A DNA stretch of 64,000 nucleotides from NCBI GenBank assembly GCA_004764695.1, contig SMSO01000025.1, positions 3,472,001-3,536,000 of the forward strand, read 5' to 3'. Source of the stretch: Schizochytrium sp. TIO01. Lineage: Eukaryota > Protista > Bigyra: Labyrinthulomycetes. Both the position numbers and the translations under genes were made by a program. Below, piece after piece: positions 1 to 10,737 of the stretch. The notes below the pieces were generated by a model. That model saw nothing but the letters and a program-made list of their open reading frames with translations, did not search any database and had not been told where the DNA came from. Position 1 is the first letter of the stretch; each line of letters begins with the position of its first letter.

Positions 1-226
1 TCTATCTTTCTCGCGATTCTGACCCGAAGTCCTCAGAACCGATCACAGCCCAACGGTTGACGCACGCAGGCAGACAGAGTCCCAACGCTGGCTGTAAGAA
101 ACAGCGACGCAGGGATTGCCAGGAATTGCCACAGAATCCCCGGAGCAGTTTGACTCCAGCGTTGGCATTGCTGAGAACTTCGTTTCTTCAGTCTGGAACT
201 GGCGTCACCAGAATACATGAATGAAG

Positions 227-256
227 ATCTATCTATCTATCTATCTATCTATCTAT
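227..256. repeat. (ATCT)n microsatellite
   Basis: About 7 perfect ATCT units read directly. Confidence 0.9.
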
Positions 257-3200
257 GAAGCACTCTTAACGTGCGTGCATTGCAGCTCCGCTGGTTCCCA
301 GCTTTACTTGAACACTTGAACTTGAACTTGCGCGGACTTGGTCGAACTCGCCTGCGTGCCTGCCTGCAGGCGTTGCCTTCCCGGCTATCGCCTCTCCGCG
401 TCGTCGCTTGCCTCGAGCAGCGCCTGGTCGCCCCCGCTGGTTTTGAGCCGCTTCGAGGCCCTTGGCCACCTCGGTCTCCCATCAAGAAGCTGGCGACGAT
501 GCGATGTCTCCGTAGCTGCGGCGGCCCAGCACAGCCCCGCGCCGGAGCAAACAAGCAAGCAGGCATGCTGAGGGAGAAGGCGGATCGCGAACCTCGACAC
601 CGGCCGGCCGGCCTTGTCGAGCGAGGCGAATCGTTTGGTGGGTTCGTTTGACTATGGCCCACCGTCATCACCGAGATCTGAGGGCCTAGGAGGTCTTCGC
701 AGGGACTCTTCTTCGCAGGAGACCCCGACGCACCTCCAGCTTCACAAGAAGAGGTAGGCACAGCTATGGCAGGCCGAAGGACGCCCAGGGCCCGACTCGT
801 CGGAGCGTCCCAACAACGAGCGAGCGACGGGCTCTTCAACTGGCTGGGATGGCGCAAGTCGCATTCTCCTCGCTCCTCGCTCCTCCTCCTCTGCAACTTG
901 TGCCACCGCGTTGAGCCACGCCAAGACCGACCGGCCGCGACTCTGGCGAAGCAGACCAAGCAGTTCGCACTTGGATTCCCAGAACATACATACATCCATC
1001 TTCATCGATCGCCGTCGCGACCAGTTGATTCTTCCGAAGAGACCCTTCTCTCGCTGAAGAAGATCCTGGAGAAGCGCTCGGCGTGGGCAGAGCAGAACAG
1101 AGCCCGCCTCGACAGCCAGCTCGCCATAGAGAGCAGCTGCCGCTATTATGCGCACATTACGCCGCTTCTCTCGGAATCGCGCGAGATTCTCACGCACGGC
1201 AAATGCAATAAATGGCCTACTGTGGATTGGGCGAAACCAGGTCAGAAACCGTACGTTGCGTTGTTGTCGTCTGCTGAAAACTTGCGGAGAGGAATCGAAG
1301 TGGAAACTAAGTGGCAGGCTCGGCATTGAGAAAAGGCCTGCGCGGCAGGACCGTTAGGTGCGGACGGAGGGCCCACGTCCGGGCGGCGTAGAAGTCAGGG
1401 TTCGGAGAAAAGACCAGCTCGCAGTCTGTGTCTCATTTGTAAGAGAGCACAGCAGCCGTGGCAGAATGAATTGCGAGTGTCTTTCAAAGTTAGATTTAAA
1501 GTTGAAAGACCTACCTCACGGAGAACGAAAGTGGCTTTCCAGCCAGGGCTTTGCAGGGCTGCTTCTGCTTGCTGTAGAATGTCTATCTACATAGTAGGTG
1601 GACGTACCTCTAGAACTAGCTAGCTAGCTAGAGTAATTATTCGTTTTAGTTGTTTTCTTGTAGTACTTAATTAGGAAGCTAGGTATTTATTTGTGAGTGG
1701 AGTAGTAGTTAGTAGTACAGACTTTCTCATCAGTGGAAGTAAAGGATCGCTTGCACTGTTCGTGTCTGCCTGAGAGTAGGTAGACTTTGAGGCTACAGGA
1801 AAATATCGTAATCTTCGAGAGCAATGAAGGAGGAGATTGGGAAAATAGAAGCACGATTACGCACCGACTCGAACTTGAGGAAGAGCACAGGTATTTTAGG
1901 GTGTTTAGGTACATTTTTAAAAAGGAATAACAATACTCTAGTACCTCAAGCAGCTTTTCCTTGAGTCATGGACGCGATCGACGCACCAGTCGGCTATTGA
2001 GTTTGAGTGGTGAGTTTATTTTGCTTTTTAACGAATAAATTAATAAAATAAATAGGAACACGAAATATTTCGAAACGCTTCGAAGTGAAGAAGATTCCCC
2101 GATTCAAAATATTAACAAAAAGATTAATTTAGATAAAAAGAGTTTGGAGAAGCAAAACAAGGGTTTGACCGTCCCAAGTTTGCGTTCCCCATCTCTTCAA
2201 CTTCATCTATGTTAAAAATTCTTTTTATGTTTTAGTACATTTTCTTTTTGAAAGCTGAGGAGGTAATTTTTTCCGAAGCTAGATTACCTAATTTTTGTAT
2301 AGAGTGCCTTTACAAAAGAATTATCGTAACAATGTTTTTCAGTGTATATTCTTCCTAAATTTGATGTAGAATATAGGAAAAAGATGATTAGAAGCGATGT
2401 ATTTCGTTAGATTCCGCTCAGCATTCAGTATTTGATGAAGTTCGCTGTTAGTTGTTTATCATCAGCAGCAACCGCATAATCTCATAATACTTTCTCTTTG
2501 GAACGAGCCTCATTTGAGTTCTGATTGATGAGTTTGTTGGCATATATATCTTGTGTTTTGGAGGGTTTATTTTACAAAACAATGCGTTCACTCTAGGAAG
2601 TCAGGGTCGGTTTACACCTTAGTACTTTCTGAACTATACATACAAATTAGCTAAAGCTTCAGTGAAGTAAGTCTTAAACCATTTTACTTTTGTAATGCCC
2701 TTGTTTGCGTGTCAGTTACCTGCTATAAATTATTTGTGCTCTCCAAGGCAAGGCAATCGATGATAAAAGTAAAATACTATTAAGACTAGCCAGGACTAAC
2801 AAGAGGGGCTGTAAGACTTTGGGGTTTATCCTGGAACAGTTGATTCTAAAGACGAAAACATTGTCTGAATATCCCAAACTTATCCTAGTATTCTAGAGTT
2901 TTCATAAGCTATGTTTTGATAAATGGTCTGACAAACTTGCTTAGAACGCATGAGCTACTTACCAAGTCGAACGTTTATGCAGCAGATCCTAACCACACAT
3001 TCTAGTCTTACGTCGCTGCATTCTAGCTAGCTCTTATATGAATATGTCAGCCATATACTTTCAGACTTGGCATGTATCAAGTAGAATATACTCTCTAAAG
3101 CATATTTTGATGTCTCTAGCCATAAATGCAGGCAAATGCACCAACGACTCCAGACTAGTGCATTCTCAAAATAATCTTCAAAGTGTTTATCTTAGTATCA

Positions 3201-6200
3201 TTGAAGCTTGGAAAAATGAATTAAATTGCATTCTTCAATACTACCAATCCATATGTTAGCGCCAGAAGCCTCAATAGGCAATGAACGCGAGCCAGGCGAA
3301 CTCAGAGTCAAAGGTAAGCAGCCCCGAGGGTAGAAAGACATATGTATTGAAATATGTATGCAAACTAAACTAATTTAAATGACGGGCAAAGCTAAATAAT
3401 CGAGCATTTGAATGCGAACTACAACTTAAAGTACGTTGAACTTAAAATTCATGAGTCGAATAGTACCATAAGACTAGGCTTCCTTGAACTTACGCGAGGT
3501 AGATTGTGTCGGGGGTTCAGCTAATTGTACAATGCAATACTAGTGATTCCTCCTCCGAAGGTTAGCAAAAGGTGTCTTTAAATGGTACCATGCACTAAAT
3601 CGACTAAACAATCTTGATTTTAGCTTTCCAGTTAGTGCATCCCTGACTTTTAGTCTAGCAAAGCTTGCGGAAGGATAATGATGTTTAGATAGAAATGCTT
3701 TTAGCAAGAGATTTAATCTGGCGATTGCTGAGACATAAATCTGGTCAGTTGGAGATTGACCTTGAAAATGAAGTCAAGAGGCTTTTGAGGAGAGCTTAAT
3801 AAATCTCGGCTTCCAACGTCAGCAATCTGTTATTTCTGGAACTTAATTCCAAGACAAACCGCTTCATGTTATAAAGAGGAGACTGGCATACACTTGATTT
3901 TTACACAACGCAATTGAAGAATTCAGCTTATCTGTCTCTTCAGCCATCAATTCATACTTCACTATGCTTAATTCCAGTGAACGTGTACGTTACCTTTCAG
4001 GTTTTGACTATCTTCGGTTCGTAACCACTCATCGGTTTGGCCAACTTTGATTGTATGTATGTTCTACATTTTGAAGGGCTTAATATGGGATGCCAAGAAC
4101 TTCTGTCATGTCTTGTCCACAAGTTTCCTTGAGTGAGGAGCAACAAACTCAGAGCTTCTGCAGCAAGTCCACAATTTATCAAAGTAGTTTTGTTAAAACA
4201 AACACATTTGGAAGAGCGCTTCGAATTACTTGTTCCATGGGCTTAAACTCATATATTCGGTATTGATGAAACCAACTCATACATTATATAGGGTAGGTGT
4301 CAGTACAATAGTACTGATCACAAGTTTACATGTTGCACTGTAGAATACCAGTTTCGAACTTCAGAGCGTTGCATCTTTGTATGCATTTGAAACTAACTAA
4401 AATATTTATCAACTCTGACTTGAGAAACTCTTCAAGTTCAACAGATGTCCAACATTACAAGCATGAGGTCATTCATATATGAACACCTTTAGAACTAGGC
4501 CTAGTTATTTTGCAGATCCTCGTCCGAAGCATAAGTACTAAAGGTTCGACGAGACTATCACTGTAATACTAGGACAGATACCACCTTTTAAATTAAATAA
4601 AGAATCCACGAGACTTCGAACAGTGCTAAGACATAGCCCACCTGTAGCGTGTAAAAACGAGTGTCTTATTTTTGTGTCAAGACGAGCTCTCTCATTATTT
4701 ATTTTGCATCTTCTGGGGATTGATTTGGGAAGTGATCATCCACGTGCCAGATATGCATTCTGTAAAGCTTCATTTTTCATACGGGAAGAAAACGCCACAG
4801 AAAGTGAGCACTTAGTTATTGTATGACTAGCCGCGCGCTCAACTAATCAGAATATAATCGACTGATTACCTTGGTGAACTATTGAAAAGGAATATCCATA
4901 TTAGTCATTCTAATTCATGCATCCAGCTGCGGAATCATAAGTTACCAATATTGCTAAATAATTAATGAATCATGTGGAAAAGGCTTGTAAAACTTCCTAA
5001 CGTAACATCTGTAAGTCCTGAAGCAAATGGAGAACTTTGTACTACAACGAGGACAACCAGATAGGTGGTGGATAAGCTAAGGGATTCTAGGCTACCGGGA
5101 TAGACACGAGCATAATCGTTTACAATGTTGAATGATGAGATTTAAATTGATGGGGGAAAGGGGGGGAATAAACTGATTTTAACAATTATGAGTTAGTAAT
5201 CTGTAACTCATTCCTTATGTCAGAAACTCAGATTTTATAAAGCCACCCCAAATTGTTTGGTAAAACACACTGCAACTTCCAGCAAATACTTTTAAGTTAA
5301 TATAATTTCCCGATAAAACGTGCAAAACTCACAGTCTCGAATTGGCGCGATGATACACTCCTTTCTTTAAATCTTTCACATAGTATATACAGACAAATGA
5401 TAAGGTACCCATTTTTATCACTCAATAGCATCTTTCCAAAGTCAATATTGGTTCAGGCAAGACACACGCCGCATTCAGTTCTCATTCAACGTTGTTGCTG
5501 AAAGGTGATACTGATTAGCGTGAGGTTGATTGTAAAGATGAAGGCAAGAAGCTTGATGAAGGTTATAAGAAGGTTGATTTAAGTGTTAGCGAACTGCTGT
5601 CCTGGTAAATGAATTCCAGGACAGATGGATTTATGTAGTAGTTTAGGGAGATTAAGACATTCTTGAATGTGGTTAGAGATAATCGATGGGGTTAGGTTTA
5701 TCTACCTTCTCCAACCATCGATTCAAGCTAAACCAAGCTTGGGTATCGGTAATGTGTATTCACACTTCTAGTTCTTGGCTTCAGCAGCCACATGAGTCTG
5801 GCTACCTATTCTTGTTCTAATGCAAACCTTATGTCTAATGGTGTTTTAGAAAGGGACACCAAGAACTCTAGTAATGTCTTATCGACTAGTTCCTTCATTT
5901 GGAGATCTCAGCAGTTGTAAAGGAAGCATCCAAAACATAGAGTGCGTACGCAGGTTTCCAATATATGCAATCAGGCAGCCTGTTTGATCATGTCATCTTC
6001 TCGAGCATCACAAATGAGGAAGCTTTGCGGTTCAACCAATTTGCTGTGGAAAACATAATCTTCCAAGTCTGAAAGGATGAATAGTTTTGAGACAAATCAA
6101 ATATGCGTGTGATTCTAGAAACACAATACTTTCATTTGTAATGAGCTTATCAGAACAAGTCCCGACAAGAGTGTCTTTTGTGATTTTGAATGTTATTTGC

Positions 6201-6298
6201 TTCTGCAACCTATTGTAAAGGTTGGTCAGAGTTGCAGAATCTCTTCGAATCCGTTTTAATTTGAAACCATGAGTGCTGTTGGCGTTGTAATTGGTTGA

Positions 6299-6927
6299 GT
6301 TAATAAAGTGGGGGCTCGTGGAAGGACAGCTTTGTTATACGCCACAATCCCAAGCGTCATTGGCGATTGCAAATGTTCTTATAACAAGAGGAGACGTAAA
6401 TAAAGTGATTCAGGTGACGAACCGCTCTTATGTTTATTTGGGGACATGAACGATTTAAAGAACAGTTTGTTATGGCTGCGTTACTTATTGACCATGGTGC
6501 AGACGTTAATGCCCAAGATAGAGATGGCAAATGTCCTCTTATGACGGTGGTTTCCGGGGGAAGATCGGCCACAGCACTGCAGCTTGGAAACTTGATTCTT
6601 TGTAGTGGCACGAACGTTGATGCTCAAAGCCAAGAAGACGCGACTGCTCTCGTTCTTGTAGCATTTAATAACCGGCTACAAACACCTTCAGAGTTCGCTT
6701 CGCCACTTCTTGACCACGGCAGAGCTGATGTTGATGTACAAGGTGATCTCGGAGTCAATGCATTAATGTATGCATGCATTTGCAATCGTCAGGAGCCCCT
6801 CGAAATGGTAGACTTACTTTTGAAACATGTGGCAGATAGTAGTCCTGAAACTGAAAGTAGGGACACAGCGCTGGGCTTTGCAGTTGATTCTGAAGGAATG
6901 ACCGCATTTCTCAGACACTCTTTGTAG
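6299..6927 (+). pseudogene. Disrupted ankyrin-repeat protein gene
   Basis: ORF 6430-6927 has ankyrin motifs (LLIDHGADVNAQDRDGKCPLM, GTNVDAQSQEDATALVL, LLDHGRADVDVQGDLGVNALMYAC, DTALGFA). Upstream, more ankyrin text is split across three frames (VNKVGARGRTALLYAT / SLAIANVLITRGDVNK / *RTALMFIW), with in-frame stops. Confidence 0.75.
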
Positions 6928-8040
6928 TTTTGTTGTGTTTATGCAGGTAAAATGTTGCTACACTCCATCATGATACCAGTGAAGCTTCTTTCAAAGCTAA
7001 CTATCAGAATGGTCTCTTTGTTTTGCAAGCTCAGCAATCCCAAAGGTTGTTCCGTGATGAGCGACATAATGTTGCTTGGAAAAAAAGTAGTCCATAAATT
7101 CAAAATCAAGAATCATTTTTCTGTTTTATTTTTGCTATCCTAAGGCTTGCGTTCAGTAAGCTGTAACCATCCATTTTTAGTTGGGGTAAAGATTCATAAA
7201 GGCAACACCAAAAGCATCAACAGTACCAACACCAACGCCAGTGGATAAGATGATCTTAATTAATTTGAAGCTAATCCTGATGGCAGGTGCTGATATATGC
7301 CACGCTAACTACAAACTTTAGATAAAATTTGTTCTGTAATCCCTAAAGTTCTTAAAGAATCTCGATAGTCACTCTATTCATTTCCTCTTGGAATATTGGG
7401 CTTGACTTTGATCATTATTTCTGACTTACTTTCAATTAATCAAAACAGAAATGCACACCTGACAGTGTCTCTTATTATGTTCAATAATTGCTGATTCCGA
7501 AACTTATGCACATATTATGCATAAGTGGTAAAGTGCAATGGAGTTGTAATAACCGGCGAACTTCATTTTCTCCTCTCCCTGCATCAGTGTACGATTGCAT
7601 CGTCAAAGCCCGGTAATGTTTGACGGGCGGCTAAATTTATGTCCGCTCAGATAAAAATGCCCATTTCCATGGTCTCACTGCACACAGTTTAGTTAGGAAT
7701 CCCAGTTTCACTTTCTGAAAGCATACACAGCTTTCAAATAGAGCAGATGAAGGCCAGAATGTTTCGACTTCAATATTCTTCAGCTGAGTGCAGAGAGCGC
7801 TCAAGTTGATGGGTGTGTTCTTTAATTTGCAGGTCAGAGACACAAAATTAGTCAAGGTAAGACAGACGTCATGGAAGTAATGGGCACAATTATAAAGAAA
7901 AGAAGAAGGCAATGAATACCGTAGGTACATAGGTATAAGTAACACAGAAGACGCATAGATAGACGTAATGTAGGGAAGAAACGTGAAAGAGAAAAAGAAA
8001 GAAAGAATAAAATCGGAGCAATCTCAAATCACGATCGAAG

Positions 8041-8973
8041 ATGCTTCCGGCGGCAAGTGAGGACGCATGGGCAGCATGGTGGGCCGAGCCTCGTGCGCCG
8101 CCGGTTACGGTTCTTCTCATGTGTGTGCTGGTGCTTGTGAGCGGCCTCTTTAACGTGAAGAACGCCTCGGCCGATGTGGTCTCATGCAACTACAAGGACG
8201 TCGTGCAGCGTCGCGAGTTCTGGCGAGTCTTCGCTGCTCCTCTCGCCCACAAGGAACCTTCGCACCTTTTGGTATCCCTTTTGCTCTTATGGGACTCTCG
8301 CGATGTTGAGCAGTGGATTGGTCCTTATGCCTACGCTCGTCTAGTTTTCCACCTTGTACTTTTAATCGCAAGCCTTCATCTCGGCTACGTGCATTTCGAC
8401 GCGTCCAGGCACCGCGGCGTACGCCCAAACCAAACTTGGTCTTGGCACGGCATGTCTGCGGTCATATTTGCTTTGCTCATGGCTAGGTTCGTCTTGCCTT
8501 ACCTTGACGACAACGCTCAGATCAGTATGGTGGGTTTCATCTTAGTCCCTGCACCCTGCAGCTCTGCTCTTGTTGTCATGCTCTATTCCACCGTGGCGCA
8601 GAGGTCTGTGGCTATGGTTCACGCAATTGGTACTATCGCAGGCACCCTGTATGTCATAGGTGCTCTTGATTGGGTTACGCCGTACCTCACATTTTGCGCA
8701 TTCCAGTGGTGCTGCGTAGGTCTGCTCGCAGGCAAGGGCTTCCCACCGACCTTCGTTTCGGATGAGGTTGTAGCACAGCGTCGCGTGGAGGATGAATTTG
8801 CAGCACAAGCTCGTCAACGGAGACAGCAAGAGGGAGGTAGTGACGACGGATCAAATGGGAGAGGCAATGGTAATGACAGCAATAGATTTAACAGAAATAG
8901 CAACAGGAATAATAACGACGTCGAAGCGGACCTCGAAGCGGGTGAGGGACTAGCTTCAGGGAATAGCAATAGT

Positions 8974-9004
<31 letters not shown>

Positions 9005-9174
9005 GTGTATCTCTAGATGAAAATGAATTAGCCTACTTATTGGACATGCGCATCGATATCCCGCCGCGACTGCGTCCTGGGGCTCGCACAAACAGCCATA
9101 GCGGCAGTAGTGGTAGCAGACAGAGTAGCAACAGGACTTCCAGCAGCTTACAAGAAATCAACTCCCAGACCTAG
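8041..9174 (+). CDS. Rhomboid-family intramembrane serine protease (RHBDD1/plant RBL-like) with N/S-rich C-terminal tail
   Basis: 377-aa ORF. It has PPVT before TM1, a WR motif (EFWRVF), HxxxxH, catalytic GxS (HGMSAVIF), catalytic HxxGxxxG (VHAIGTIAG), several hydrophobic helices and a poly-N tail from (AAC)n. Confidence 0.85.
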
Positions 9175-10584
9175 CTGGAACCTCTTCTGCTGGTCCCGAG
9201 AGTTCGCACGTAACACAAACGAGTAGTTCGCCTCAATGCGTCCTACCGCCGTTGGGAATACAATTCCAGCTCCTACCGACGCCCTCATTCCGTACACAAG
9301 CGATCTCACCGAGGTCTCCCACGCACACAAATTACCCGCATTCGCGTACACATGGCACCTCATTCCCGCCGCATTGAGCGTCGCATGCGGAAACGGCATC
9401 ATCAAATCTGCTCCAAGCTTCCATGTAACGTCTCCTCCGAGCGAATCTCCTCCAAGGGCACCAGGTCTTTTCGGTGACGTTCTCGGCCCTGCTCCTTTGT
9501 GATTGAATCCACGCAGATCCAGCGGACCTCCAAGCCAGAATCGGTCACAAATATGCGTGCTCTCACCAACTCCTGGCAGTTTGTCAGCCTCCGCTGCTCG
9601 AGCTTTTGCGAGAGGGCAAAGAACTCCAGCCTGAAAGGTGAGCCCGAGCGCGACTCCAGGCAAGACATCGGCTAGAATGGGCAGGAACTGCTGCACCTTG
9701 AGCTCTCCCTTTGCAAAGTGGGCGTCACCACCAAGACCCGCAAGCTCTGTCCTGAGTTGCAACAATGAGCCTCGCGAAGGACCAAACGCATTATCGCGTT
9801 TGTCGTTCGTGAAAGTGTAGAAAACGCTGTTCTTCAAGCTTGGCTTCGCCTGTGCCAGAATTAGCCCAGAAGCTGCGAATTCGAACTGGTTTCCGGCACT
9901 GCGCACAGGCATAATATCACGCCAGAAACACCCCGCACCGACCTCGTGGCGGCCACTGTTATGTCTGAGAACTGCCTGGGCTCCACGCACGCGCTCCTCG
10001 TACGAGCTGTAGACCGCGCGACTGACAGTGCTGTGCGAAGCTGACGCTTCAAGTTCTGCGTTGAGGCCTCTAAATCGAGGTTTGTGGACCTCGACGCGAG
10101 CGGAAGCGCTGCTCTTGGTACCGTAGGACCAAGCGGCGTTGACTTTCTCCGTGAATCCCAAAGGATTGTTCAACGAGAGTGCTGTCTCCACACCGCCCTC
10201 AGTACCAGAGCCCTGCACGTAGGTCTCGGCCTTGAGCTGCACCATGCGCTTCTCCCGCACACGCACAGTCACGTCAGTCAGCTCAGAATCACTGTCACGA
10301 TCGCGCTTTCGTCCGCCGGACTTTCCAGCATTCTTAGCAACATCGCAGTACACCTCTACAAACTCGAAGGAGTCCACCTCCTTGAGAGACTTGAGCGCCT
10401 TCATGATGCCTGTGCTCACCTCGCGCACGGTGCGGCCACGACGAGCCTCAGAGAGCTCGTGCTCAACAACGCTACGACGCGTACGGGAGAGTCCAACAAT
10501 GTTCACGCGGCGGATTCGCAAAGGCTTGGAGAAGATGGGATCATCCATGGGCACGTAGCCACCGTCGTCGTCGCGGCCTGCCAT
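9148..10584 (-). CDS. SAM50: Mitochondrial outer-membrane beta-barrel assembly protein Sam50 (Omp85/BamA family)
   Basis: 478-aa ORF. It has an N-terminal POTRA (IRRVNIVGLSRTRRSVVEHEL...VTVRVREK), the Omp85 lid-loop motif FWLGGPLDLRGF, GDSLGGD, GRIEANY, and a C-terminal beta-signal FQLGLGVDFL. Confidence 0.93.
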   Translation of the reverse strand: MAGRDDDGGYVPMDDPIFSKPLRIRRVNIVGLSRTRRSVVEHELSEARRGRTVREVSTGIMKALKSLKEVDSFEFVEVYCDVAKNAGKSGGRKRDRDSDSELTDVTVRVREKRMVQLKAETYVQGSGTEGGVETALSLNNPLGFTEKVNAAWSYGTKSSASARVEVHKPRFRGLNAELEASASHSTVSRAVYSSYEERVRGAQAVLRHNSGRHEVGAGCFWRDIMPVRSAGNQFEFAASGLILAQAKPSLKNSVFYTFTNDKRDNAFGPSRGSLLQLRTELAGLGGDAHFAKGELKVQQFLPILADVLPGVALGLTFQAGVLCPLAKARAAEADKLPGVGESTHICDRFWLGGPLDLRGFNHKGAGPRTSPKRPGALGGDSLGGDVTWKLGADLMMPFPHATLNAAGMRCHVYANAGNLCAWETSVRSLVYGMRASVGAGIVFPTAVGRIEANYSFVLRANSRDQQKRFQLGLGVDFL

Positions 10585-10608
10585 GATTGATGACGGACGA
10601 TGAAGCGA

Positions 10609-10737
10609 CTGATTGATAGCAGAGTTAGCTCGGATCTAACTGAGGCTGCCTGGCTACCTAGTTGCCGGCAGACGATCGATCGCGCGGGGTCGAGCCGACT
10701 CGAGTGCGTCTCCAGGTATGGAGGTTTGTCTAGGTAC
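10609..10737 (-). other. Candidate 5'-leader intron of SAM50 (3' splice site supported, donor uncertain)
   Basis: On the minus strand a GCTAAC branch point (10629-10624) precedes a CAG ending at 10609, 24 nt before the ATG. Possible donors are CAG|GTACCT (10737) or TAG|GTAGCC (10657). Confidence 0.35.

Noticed and set aside
249-1357. Overlapping 120-250-aa ORFs on both strands (e.g. 766-1329 +, 249-995 -)
   Set aside because: GC-rich block with ORFs in several frames, R/S/A/P-biased translations, embedded microsatellite and no recognisable motif. A small orphan gene cannot be fully excluded.
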